A stretch of 64,000 nt of DNA, taken from assembly GCA_030390025.1 (NCBI GenBank), contig CM059427.1:188480001-188544000 (forward strand), in the 5' to 3' direction. This stretch comes from Squalus acanthias. Its lineage: Eukaryota. The stretch's first letter is position 1, and each line of letters opens with the position of its first letter. Below, in pieces: positions 49,523-61,093 of the stretch. The notes below the pieces were generated by a model, which saw only the letters and a list, made by a program, of their open reading frames with translations, was not told where the DNA came from and made no database searches. The position numbers and the translations under genes are program-made.

Positions 49523-51016
49523 GTATGCTAGCTGTCACCCCCTCAAACAACATTTGCAGCGCCTCATCTGAGAGCCTCGGGTAGGCCCTTGCCTTGGAAT
49601 TGGACATAGGTATCTCAAAAGATGTTGGAGGTGGTGCAGGAGAAGCAGAAATGCTGTGGAATGAGCCAAGGGAGCAAGAGCCATAAAATCAGACTGGAAA
49701 AGTGCTGTCAACAGAGGCGACTTTCAGTCCCAGAACACTAATTGAGCACGGGCATCCCACACCTCTGAAATCAAGTGGACAATCATGGGAAAATCGCAAC
49801 ATTTTGAAACCTATCAGTGGAGGCGAGTTTCAGACACACCCAAACTGAAACCCGCCTCCATCTCACCTCCAGTGGGAAAATCGCCCCCTTGGATCCGGAC
49901 ACTTGTATCCTGGCACTTTCCGGGTACTTGTTTGTTCAGCTGAGCGCTGCTGTCGGACTAATTTGCTACTTGAGGGGAGTGAGCGGAGTAAGCATTTAAA
50001 AATACTTTTTGCTGTTTTTTAGTAATTCAGTAACCAGTGCACAGATGTCACTCGACATTTATAGAACTGGTTTGCACCATTCCAAAGCCTTTTGGGATGA
50101 ACTGAGGTCATGAAAGGCGCTATATCAATACAAATACTTTCTTTTTTTTTTACAGGCTATTTTCATGTGTTTACAGCTTTTCATAATGTTTGATGAATTT
50201 CTGCTTTGGAACTAATTTTAAAAGTCTCGATAATCATTTGTTTGCTAATTGTACTTGTTATCAATTGTAATAAAAAGGTTGGTTTGGAATGGAATGGGTT
50301 GGTATTTCCTATTGAACCGCACTCTAATAATGGGGAAGAGTAACTTTCCTTTTGAGTTCTATTCTCCGAGCCATTCATGGAAATACATCCAAGGCAATGG
50401 ATCTGTGGGCTCGATAAACCGCTTCGAATCCAGCACAGTACATAATAAAATGTATCTGCTAAAACTAGAGATTATTCTGTTTGAAAGCCTCCTGTGATCA
50501 CAGAAACATCGACTCACTTTAGTGGGGTCTGGATCAGAAACAATTGATCAAGGTTTCCCCAGCGGTTTGATGAGTTTATCCATAAAACTAACAACAACTT
50601 ACGATTATATAACGCCTTTAACATAGAGAAACCTCCCAAGGTGCAACGAAGAAGATATTAGGAGGGCTGACCAAAATCTTGGTCAAAGAGATGGGTTCCA
50701 ATAGAGATGGAGAGGCGGAGGGATTTAGGGAAGGAATTCCAAGCATGAATTTGCGCCGCCTGCTATTTTGGATAATTAGGTTGTGCTGGTGGCCGGAGTG
50801 CATGACGCGTTTTGCAGGAGCCCTTCTCAATTTCCGAATCCCGCAACGCTTCATATTAAAAGAACACGGGCTGCTCCCCCCCTCCCGATTGGCATCGCTC
50901 CCACCGATCGGTATGTCTTCCCCTGACCAGGCCTCCAATCGACCCTCTTTCCCCCCCTTCCGACCCAGATCACTGTCGATCCCCCCACCATGGCCCGAGG
51001 CCCAATCGCCCCACTA

Positions 51017-51895
51017 CCCGCTACCAACCCCCGCCCCCCGTGACCCGACACTCGCTCGATACTCCCCCTCACCGCCAGCCCCCTACCAACCCCCGCCCCT
51101 CGTGACCCGACACTCGCTCGATACTCCCCCTCACCGCCAGCCCCCTGCCAACAACCGCCCCCCGTGACCCGACACTCGCTCGATACTCCCCCTCACCGCC
51201 AGCCCCCTACCAACCCCCGCCCCCCGTGACCCGACACTCGCTCGATACTCCCCCTCACCGCCAGCCCCCTACAAACCCCCGCCCCCCGTGACCCGACACT
51301 CGCTCGATACTCCCCCTCACCGCCAGCCCCCTACCAACAACCGCCCCCCGTGACCCGACACTCACTCGATACTCCCCCTCACCGCCAGCCCCCTATGAAC
51401 CCCCGCCCCCCGTAACCCGACACTCGCTCGATATTCCCCCTCACCACCAGCCCCCCACCAACCCCCGCCCCCCCGCGACCCGACACTCGCTCGATACTCC
51501 CCCTCACCGCCAGGCCCCAACCAACCCCCGCCCCGTGACCCGACACTCACTCAATACTCCCCCTCACTGCCAGCCCCCTACCAACCCCCGCCCCCCGCGA
51601 CCCGACACTCGCTCGATACTCCCCCTCACTGCCAGCCCCCTACCAACCCCCGCCCCCCGCGACCCGACACTCGCTCGATACTCCCCCTCACCGCCAGCCC
51701 CCTACCAACAACCCCGTGACCTGACACTCGCTCGATACTCCCCCTCACTGCCAGCCCCCTACCAACAACCCCGTGACCTGACACTCGCTCGATACTCCCC
51801 CTCACTGCCAGCCCCCTACCAACCCCCGCCCCGTGACCCGACACTCGCTCGATACTCCCCCTCACTGCCAGCCCCCTACCAGCCCCCGCCCCCCA
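51017..51895. repeat. C-rich ~62-bp minisatellite, ~14 copies, inside a MITE-like element
   Basis: Unit gtgacccgacactcgctcgatactccccctcaccgccagccccctaccaacccccgcccccc; starts at 51040, 51102, 51164 and onward; TIR-like aatttctaggccc at ~52119-52131. Confidence 0.93.
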
Positions 51896-53853
51896 TCCCC
51901 CCGGTCGCTTGCCTTCTTCACTTAACTGAGGGCGGCTTCTAGCGTCACAGTTGCACAATGTTCAAACACACTTCGCCGGCTGAGTTGCCTCTTACTCTCT
52001 GCAGCTCGCTTACTTCATAGAAATTAGCCCATAGCCCAATATCGGGGCCGCCTCAGTCCTCACCATTCAAGGGTAGGGATTGAGACCAGCGGCCCCCTGC
52101 CCCTCACCACACACGCCCAATTTCTAGGCCCAAATAACTAAACAACAGCCACCAATTTATGTTGAAAATTCACCTCAACTCTCCCAAACCGCCTCTCCTT
52201 CGAATTCACCACACTCCTATCCTCCAATAATTTAATCCAACACATGATTGGCCACCCGTTCGATCTTGCTCGTTCTCACAGCCTCTCCGTAGATGCGCTC
52301 AGGATCTATAACAAGGCTGTTGCTGCCTACTTCCTCAGTGAAGCTATAAACCTGGAGCCACTCTGCTGTGCACACCACTCCAGTGTCCTGATTTAATCGG
52401 GACATCCCGCTTTTGTGGGTCAATTGCCGTTCTGCTCCACTTACCCTTTTACAGGGCAGCATTTCCCAAATGTTGATGTACCTAAAACTTAATAATAAAC
52501 CTGACAACCAGAACACTAAGAGCTGATTTCCTTCACAGCCTGGATGCAGATTTACTGCAGATAAAGCAACCTCCCTTAGAAGGAACTTCTAAGAATTGAT
52601 AGCTGAGAAAAGCACCTGTGTCAATGAGAAATACGCTGCGGTTAACCACCGCACTCTACTTCAGGATGTGGTGTGATATCGCAGCGTACAGCATCGCAGA
52701 GGCTCAATCTTCAAATACACTTCGCCGGGGGAGCTGCCTCTTACTCACCGCAGATCGCTCACTTCATGGATCGCAATGTCAAAAATAGCAGTGTTTACCA
52801 CTAGAAGAAATAATAGGGTGGGGGACAACCCCTGAGAGAAAGCTCAGAGCAACAGTTCAGCAAAAACGGAAGTCTGAAACCACTTGAAAAAGGTGGAGGC
52901 ATCAACAAACGTTCAAGCCCAGTACAAAGATTAGCCCATAAACTAATGGTGAGTCAAATATTAAGGATGAATTCGTACAACGAGTCATGAAATTGGTTGG
53001 CCGTTCTGGTGAACTCCCGCTATAATTCTAAGCAATTTCCTCAGGTTCTGGTCTTGCGAGGGAGATGCCTGTACGCATGTTTAGAGGGTAGAACCTCCAC
53101 CTACTCCAAACAAGGCTACTGACACAGAGGGGAGGAGTCAGGATGTGAGGACTCCATGTCGGGGGTTTCCAGTCCTTGGCCCTCAATTTGGACTCAACGT
53201 ACTATTGGCGCAGTTACTCAGCAAGCATATCTCACTAAAACTGATAGAGTGGGGCCAGAATCAGGGCCTCAACCCCCAAAGATTGGGAGATGGAGCTGGG
53301 GGAGAGCAGAAATTTTAAAAGAACCTGATTAACTTTTCTTTAACGCATTGCTGTTTGTGGGAGCTTGCTCTGCACAAATTGGCAGACACGCATCCTACAT
53401 TAGAACAGTGAATTCACTTCAAAAGTACTTCATTGGCTGTAAAGCGCTTTGGGATATCCTGAGGTCGGGAAAGGAGCAAATCTTTCTTTGTGCAAGTAAA
53501 TTCTTTTGAGACAGGAGATAAGCTTTTTAAAGTGTTCTGTTATTCTTGTTGCTGTGGCCTGGTGGCGATAGAGAGCTGCAGTAGTGTTGGGGCCGAGAAA
53601 TGAATTTGTTCCTCTATAAACCACTTCCTCTGTGGCAGGTTTGGTTCACCTGATTTACCCATAGTCAAATCTCAGTCGATTCAAAAGAAAAGATTTGGTA
53701 TCGGAGAGCCCTGTCGGGTTTGTGTAAGAGGAAGGAGTGTTTCAAAGCTGTGTGCTTTTGGGTGAAGTGAGTTGTAGAAACGGAACTATTGGGGTGAGAG
53801 GAACAGAAATGAGCTAACGAGTGGAAAGTTTGAACTTACATGAATGGTCTGAG

Positions 53854-53987
53854 TAATGTTCCCTCTAAATTTCTTTTAGGGTGCACGGCCCCTTTAAGGG
53901 GCAGCGGGGCCCATTCGAATTCCCGCGCAGGCGCGGTTTTTCCATTGAGAAGCTGGCAATCGGCCACCCAGCTTAACGGGAACATTG
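53854..53987. mobile_element. 134-bp hAT-type MITE
   Basis: TIR taatgttccc…gggaacattg; 8-bp TSD ggtctgag/ggtgtgag; the paralogous site at ~12140 is empty; a partial relative lies at ~55205-55337. Confidence 0.8.
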
Positions 53988-55335
53988 GGTGTGAGGTCAT
54001 CTGTATTGTTCAGAATGTTTCCATAGAATTACATAGAATTTACAGCACAGAAACAGGCCACTCTCCAATGCCAGTGTTTCTGTTCCACACGAACCTGCTC
54101 CGCCATTTAATAAGATCACGGCTGATCTTTTGCCTCAATTCCACCTTCACACTCACTTTATTAATCGACCGCAGGGCAGCTCGGGGACGAGTTTCCTGAA
54201 CCGGGGATTCTTCCGGGGACATTGTTTGCCCCGGGATACAGTTCCTCATCCAGGGAATGTCCACGGAAAACCAGGGACGTATGGTCACACTAATATTGGC
54301 CGAGTCTCCTCTATCTGTCCTCATAGGACAATTTTAATTCTAATGCATCTTGAAGTCCCAAGCCAGCTTTAATATTTAATATTCCAGATTAGTTAAATTT
54401 GCAGAAGATACCAAACTAAAATCAGCAGTGGACTCGGAGGAGACAGATCAGAAACTATAGAGTGAGTTGGACAAAATATATAAGTGGGCAGAACAGTGAC
54501 AGATGAAACTTAATGCTGACAAGTGTAAAGTGTTGCCGATAGTTAGAGAAATGGGTGGCACACGTAAGCCATGAAATAGCTAAGGAAGAGGTTAAGAGAG
54601 TCTTAGTGGACTCGACCCTCAACATATTAAACCAACGCAAAGCAGCAATCAGCAAGGCCAACAGTTGGTTGAACTACATAGCCAAAACGGTAAGGTATAA
54701 GTTAGAGGAAGTGAGAGTAAAACTGATCAGTGCTCCAGTCACCAAGAAACAAAGCAGATGTTCAGACACTGAGATCATTGCAGCAAAGAGTCATGAGACT
54801 GGTTTCTTGTGTCAGAGGCTTGAGTTATTAGGAAAGGGTGGAGAAAATTGGGCTTTACCGCTCTGATAGGAAAGACCTGGTAGGTGATCTTAAAAAAAAT
54901 AAAAGCTAGTTATAAGAACAGCAATCAGAGGAACGAACTGTGTCTGATTTTCCCCTTCCCGAATCTGCGGGCACAGAAACTGATCCCCAACACAGCATGG
55001 ATCAATGAAAAGAGGAAGAGAGACAGAGACTGCAAGCTTCCAGACACACTCCATAAACTGAGGGTTCAACTAACACAATAGGCAGTGTGATTTCATAAGA
55101 ACATAAGAAATAGGAGCAGGAGTAGGACATTCGACCCTTCGAGCCTGCTACACCAATCAATAAGTTCCTGGCTGATCTTCTACTGAAGGGATAATTATAC
55201 GTCCTAGCACATTAAGGGGCTGCGCGGCCCATTCAAAATGCAGCGTATGTGTGTTTTTTCCCATTGAACAGTCGGTGAGCCGGCTGCGCAGGAGGGCCAG
55301 AGCGCTATGCGACCGTGCAGCTTACAGGGAACATT

Positions 55336-57496
55336 GGTGATAGGGGACCATATAATCAGGGGATAGATACTGTTCTCTGTAGCCGTGACTGGGAGTTCTG
55401 AAGGTTGCCTGCCTTCAAGGTTAAAGATATCTCCTCGCAGCTGGAGAAGAACTTGGAGTGTGAGTGTGAGAATCCAGTTGTGGTGTTCCACATAGGAACC
55501 AACGACATAGGTAGAACTAGGAATGAGTTTCTGCTGAGAGAGTTTAAGGAGCTAGGGTCGAAATTAAAACGCAGAATCTCGAAGGTAATAATCTCTAGAT
55601 TGTTAACTGAGCCATGTGCAAATTGGCACAGGGACAAACAGATTAAAACATTAAATGTGTGGCTGAAAGAGTGGTGTGGGAGGCAGGGGTTTCGCTTCAT
55701 GGGGCACTGACGCCAGTACTGGGGAAAGAGGGCGCTGTTCCATTGGGATGGACTCCACTTAAATTGGGCTGGGACCAGCGTTCTGGCGAATCAAATAACT
55801 GGAGCGCTAGATAGGACTTTAAACTAATGAAGTGGGGGAGGGACGATTCAGGAAAGGGTCAATTCAAAAGCTGTAAGAGAACTGTCAAGGCTCTAGAGCA
55901 GAGTAGAGATTTGGTTAAAATAAGCACAGTGGGTCAGGAAAGGGCAGAGAGGTTATACGGCATTAGAGACTATTGTGATGTCAGGGAAAGAGAGAAAAAA
56001 GTTCAAGCTAAAGGCACTATATCTGAATGTGTGAAGCATTCGCAACAAAATAGATGAATTAATAGCGCAAATAAAAATAAATGGGTTTGATATAATAGCC
56101 ATTATGGAGATGTGGTTGCAGAGTGACCAAAGTTGGGAACTAAATATTGCAGGATACTTGACTTTTAGAAGAGATAGGCAACATGCAAAAAGGGGTGAGG
56201 GGTGCGGGGGGGGGGGGGGGGTGTGGGTGTAGTCTTGATAATAAAGGATGGGGTAAAGACAGTCGAGAGAAAGGATCTTAGCTCAGAAAATCAAGATGTA
56301 GAATCACTTTGAGTAGAGCTAATAAACAACAAGGGGCAGAAAACACTGGTGGGAGTAGTTTATATGCCCCCTAACAGTAATTGTAGTGTTGGGCAGAGTA
56401 TAAGTCAGGAAATTAGAGTTGCATATAACAAGGATAATACAGTAATCGTGGGGAACCTTAATCTTCATATTGACTGGACGAACCAAATTTGTGGTAATAG
56501 TGTGGAGGATGAGTCCGTGGAATGTATTCAAGATAGTTTTCTAGATCAGTATGTCGAGGAACGAACTAGGGAACAAACTATTTTAGATCTAGTGTTGTGC
56601 AATGAGAAAGGATTAATTATTGGCCCAGAAATTAGACTTGGAGGCTTGCCGCAGGGGTAAGGATCGCGCGCGATCTTACCTACCGCGCCTGCCTTTATGT
56701 TTTGGGCCCACACGAACTTCTGGTCCTGGGCCTCTCCCTGGTGCCGGCGCGCAGTGTGTGCGTGTCCCAGAGGCGCAGTTAGTTCGATGCGACCTCTGGG
56801 ATCACGTGGGCCATGGAGAGCCAATGGCAGCACACCATCTTTCATTCATAGATTTGACAGGAGAACTGTCAAAACTATGAATACAAATTGCCCCCAAAAG
56901 AACAGCTAAACCTCAAATATTTTTTTTTAATAACCATCACATTAATAAAATAACTATAGTTAAATAAATTAACCACTTTAAACAAAAATTAAAATTTTTG
57001 AAAAAATTTAAATTCTTTTTAAAAGTTATAAAAATAAACCTACCTTTCTTTAAAGTCTCTAAAAAAGATAAACCTGTTGAAAAAAATGTAAAATAATACT
57101 TAATTAACTACTTACCTTGTTAAAAGGGGGTCTTACGCCTCCTTTCTTCACGTGTAAAATCTTCAATACTTACCTTCGCGTTGAAACCTGAAAAAAAACC
57201 TATGTGTGCTGCGTGCGCACAGCCTGTAGTGCGCACGCGGTTCACTTAGGAACTGCCCCCTTAGCAATACCGGAAGTGCCGGTTTCCCGCGCATGCGCAG
57301 TGCATGCAGGAATCCGGCACTTCGGGACCGAATACGCGAGAGTACACAGTTCGTAATCTCCCGTATTCAGCCGAAGTTTTGGGCCAATAACCTTGTAGTA
57401 AAGGTGCATCTGGGGAAGAGTGAACATAATATGATAGAATTTTATATTGGGTTTGAGAGTGATTAAGTTAAGTCCGAAACTCGGTTCTTAAATCTA
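55336..57496 (+). mobile_element. Decayed CR1: ORF1 esterase (SGNH) domain and ORF2 endonuclease, interrupted by a MITE
   Basis: IGD.IIRGID…CLP…VKDI…VVVFHIGTNDI…DGLHLN (ORF1); GVVYMPPNS…GNLNLHIDW…ILDLVL (EN). Confidence 0.88.
56622..57385. mobile_element. Harbinger-type MITE (copy 4)
   Basis: TIRs ggcccagaaatt / aagttttgggcc; flanks att/aat; removing it restores the CR1 frame EKGLI-NNLVV. Confidence 0.9.
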
Positions 57497-59119
57497 GTAT
57501 TGAGAGGGAGGAGGTACTAGCGGTTTTAGCGGGCTTAAAAGTGGATAAATCCCCAGGCCCAGACGAGATGTATCCCAGGCTGCTGTGTGAGGCAAGGGAG
57601 GATATTTCAGGGGCTCTGACACAAATTTTCAGAACCTCACTGGCCACAGGGGAGGTGCCAGAGGACTGGAGGACAGCTAACGTAGTACGATTATTCAAGA
57701 AGGGTAGGTGGGATAAACCAAGGAATTACAGGCCAGTGAGCCTAACATCAGTGGTAGGGAAATTATTAGAAACAATTCTGAGGGACAGAATTAGTCTCCA
57801 CTTGGAGAGGCAAGGATTAATCAAGGATAGTCAGCAAGGCTTTGTTAGAGGGAGATCATGTCTGACCAATTTGATTGAATTTTTCGAGGGGGTGACTAGG
57901 TGTGTGGATGAGGGTAGTGCACTTTATGTGGTCTACATGGACTTCAGTAAGGCTTTTGATAAAGTCCTGCATGGGAGACTGGTCAAGAATGTAAGTGCCT
58001 ATGGGATCCAGGGCAACTTGACACATTGGATCCAAAATTGGCTTAGTGGCAGGAGGCAGAGGGTGATGGTCAAAGGTAGTTTTTGTGACTGGAATCCGGT
58101 GTCCAGTGGTGTACCGCAGGGAGCGGTGTTGGGTCCTTTGCTGTTTGTAGTGTACATTAATGATTTAGATATGAATGTAGGAGGTATGATCAGTAAGTTC
58201 GCAGATGACACGAAAATTGGTGGGGTGGTAAATAGCAAGGAGGGAAGCCTTAGCCTACAGGACAATATAGACGGGTTGGTCAGATGGGCAGAACAGTGGC
58301 AAATGGAATTTAACCCTGAAAAGTGTAAGGTGATGCATTTTGGGAGGACTAACAAGGCAAGGGAATACACAATGAATGGTAGGACCCTAGGAAGGACAGA
58401 GTATCAGAGGGACCTTGGTGTGCATGTACAAAGATCCCTGAAGGCAGCGGGACAGGTAGATAAGGTGGTTAAAAAGGCATATGGGATACTTGCCTTCATT
58501 AGCCGAGGCATAGAATATAAGAGCAGGGAGGTTATGATGGAGCTGTACAAAACGCTAGTTAGGCCACAGCTGGAATACTGTGTGCAGTTCTGGTCGCCAC
58601 ACTACAGGAAGGATGTGATTGCATTGGAGAGGGTGCAGAGGAGATTCACCAGGATGTTACCTGGGCTGCAGCGCTTCAGCTATGAAGAGAGACTGGACAG
58701 GCTGGGGTTGTTTTCCTTAGAGCAGAGAAGGCTGAGGGGGGATCTGATTGTGGTGTACAAAATTATGAGGGGCATAGATAGGGTAGATAGAAAGCAACTT
58801 TTCCCCTTAGTAGAGGGGTCAATAACCAGGGGGCATAGATTCAAGGTAAGGGGCAGAAGGTTTAGAGGGAATTTGAGGAAAAACTTTTTCACCCAGAGGG
58901 TGGTTGGAATCTGGAACTCACTGCCTGAAAGGGTGGTAGAGGCAGGAACCCTCACAACATTCAAGAAGCATTTAGATGAGCACTTGAAACGCCATAGCAT
59001 ACAAGGCTACGGACCAACTGCTGGAAAATGGGATTAGAATAGACTGGGCTTGATGGCTGGTGCGGACACGATGGGCCGAAGGGCCACTTTATGTGCTGTA
59101 TAACTCTATGACTCTATGA
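57497..59119 (+). mobile_element. Young CR1 RT segment with an uninterrupted ORF (57541-59037) and 3' tail
   Basis: KSPGPD…NYRPVSLTS…YMDFSKAFD…GVPQG…KFADDTK; (actctatg)n tail. Confidence 0.96.
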
Positions 59120-59232
59120 TCCTTTATAATCTTTTATCTCTATCTTCATGGATTATATTTCTGTCTTACTGATGGCTGCATCACTTTTTTCTACTGCCAT
59201 TATGTTATCTCTGATAAGTATAGCTACTCCAC

Positions 59233-61019
59233 TGTAGGCTTCGCAAAATCCCCCAGAAACTCGAACAGAACCCTAAAGGAGGTGATTTTTGGATTTTTCA
59301 TACAAATTTGGGATGATGGGACATGAGTGAAGTGATTTGGGGTAAAAACCTCAGTTTTGGACATTCTTAAAAATCAGGGAAGAAAAACCCTGAGGAAAAT
59401 GACTTTTGGATATTACTGTTGGGAAAAACACCTTTCACTGACACAAGACAGGCTGCAGAGGGGTGTGGTGAGGCAGTGGACAGCTTTAGGATATTGGGAC
59501 CCAGTCAAGCTGGCTGGGAATTGTTTACACTGCAATCCAACCATGGAGGAAGAGACAAACCCAAAACCTCACATACACATCCAAATATGAATAATCCAAG
59601 AACCCTTTTGAAATTCCCAGGCCCAAACAGGATGCCAGAAGCCTGAAAACAATGAAACATCTAGTACACCCATTACTTCATTAAAAAAACAATCAGCCCA
59701 GTATCTACAGGGACAGATTAACAAGCCCGCCAAAAACCTAAGACAAAAGGGACAAGATTTGTCGCGTAGATAAAGGCCCTGCCTAAATGGGAGACATCGG
59801 AAGCCATCAGGACAATTTAACACCAAGTTAAAGTCATCAAAATTTAACAAGCCCGCCAAAACCTCAGACAATGGAATGAACAGGCCTCAACTGAAACCTA
59901 AATCACTCCAACACGAAACCGATTTAGTCAAGGGGTTTTGGGCGCGAAAAAGACAAAGGGCCTGAACTGTATAATTGAGGGCCTAATCCCCCAAGAAAGT
60001 TAGTTGCAGCAGGTTCCAGCAAGACACTACAAGCCACACGACACGAGCAAGAGGAGGAAAGAAGCAGCAAGGCTACGAGGCAGACCCGAGGCGAGATCGG
60101 AGGCAGGGACAGACAAGGCCAGGCAAGGGCTAGAACTGAGACCACTGGGAGCGGGTCGGCATCGCTCAACATACCGTCCAGCTCTAGTAGGTACTAGCCA
60201 AGGCCACTGGAAGCTGGGAGCGAGTCAGCATCGCTCAATCCACGGTCCAGCTCCAGGAGGTACCGCCCGACAGGCCTCCAACGCAACAAACCAACAACCA
60301 GAGCCACCAAGGGCTCCACGAGGTGAACCGACACTCGAAGGTCCCGCGGAAACCAAGGCCCCGCGCAACCACCAACTACCAGGCAACCATGACCAAGAAC
60401 CAGACCAACACCAGGGAAAAACCGAAGACACGCAAGTTTACACTCTGCAAACTATTCCTGACTTACCCCTGGGTAAGATTTTCCCTTAAAAAGCTCTAAA
60501 CCCTACTTCTAAGGAAGAAAATCGGGTACTCACCTGATAGTATCTAAAACGCACCTTACCGCATCAGCGGACAGACCCAAACTGACCTGGAGTGCAGCTA
60601 AAGTCTTCCACCACGTCCAGGGTACGGCAGGCCCCAACAACCAAAAACCTCAGTGAACCCCGAAATCGCAAAATACATCAACTGTCAAGAACTGTCATTG
60701 GTGAGCATTATCCCTGATCCTTTGAAATTGAAACCTAGCTAGACAGTGGGATTGGGAGGGATAAGGGTTTTTGTATATTGTTGTTCTCCCTCTCCTGTAC
60801 CGTGTGTTCCCCAACCTGTGTTTAAGCATCTAAGTGTGTTTTAAGTTTGTTACCTTTTTCTTTTAATAAAGACAAAATTCTTTCATCAGAACCTGTTGTC
60901 TACTGCATTTTTGTTCACAACCCCTAAATAAGTCCAAAGTCTAGAACCAGGGGCGTGGGAGCGATTCGAACCGCTCACTGAGTCAGAGGTGAGGCTGACC
61001 CCACACGCCACCCCCTACA
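59233..61019 (+). mobile_element. 5' LTR (1787 bp) of a retrovirus-like LTR element
   Basis: tgtagg…cctaca inverted termini; AATAAA at ~60865; immediately followed by a PBS. Confidence 0.88.
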
Positions 61020-61022
61020 AAA

Positions 61023-61040
61023 TGGCGACCACGGCGGAAC
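61023..61040 (+). promoter_or_regulatory. Primer-binding site, tRNA-Arg-like
   Basis: tggcgaccacggcggaac, 3 nt after the LTR. The first 11 nt are complementary to the 3' end (…cgtggtcgcca) of a vertebrate tRNA-Arg; assignment from memory. Confidence 0.7.
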
Positions 61041-61093
61041 CTTGGCAAAAGGGTTGTGAAGCAGTAAACGCTGGTTTTGAGGAGAGAACAAAA

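Larger units (their letters stand above)
46140..49888 (+). mobile_element. PIF/Harbinger DNA transposon, 3749 bp including a nested CR1
   Basis: TIR gggggcgatt…aatcgccccc; 3-bp TSD ttg (46137-46139 and 49889-49891); contains a transposase. Confidence 0.92.
46112..49987 (+). pseudogene. TM exon split by a Harbinger insertion (pieces 46112-46139 and 49892-49987)
   Basis: Same acceptor as 11203 (tcaactttgtccttcacag|tgaga). The pieces read RARPPPDT / …CILALSGYLFVQLSAAVGLICYLRGVSG, then phase-0 donor |gtaagc. Confidence 0.85.

Noticed and set aside
30016-49987. Assigning the symbol CD4 or LAG3
   Set aside because: D1 is a single exon, no CxC/CxH or EP-repeat tail exon was found, and no syntenic markers are in the window; only the architecture is shared.
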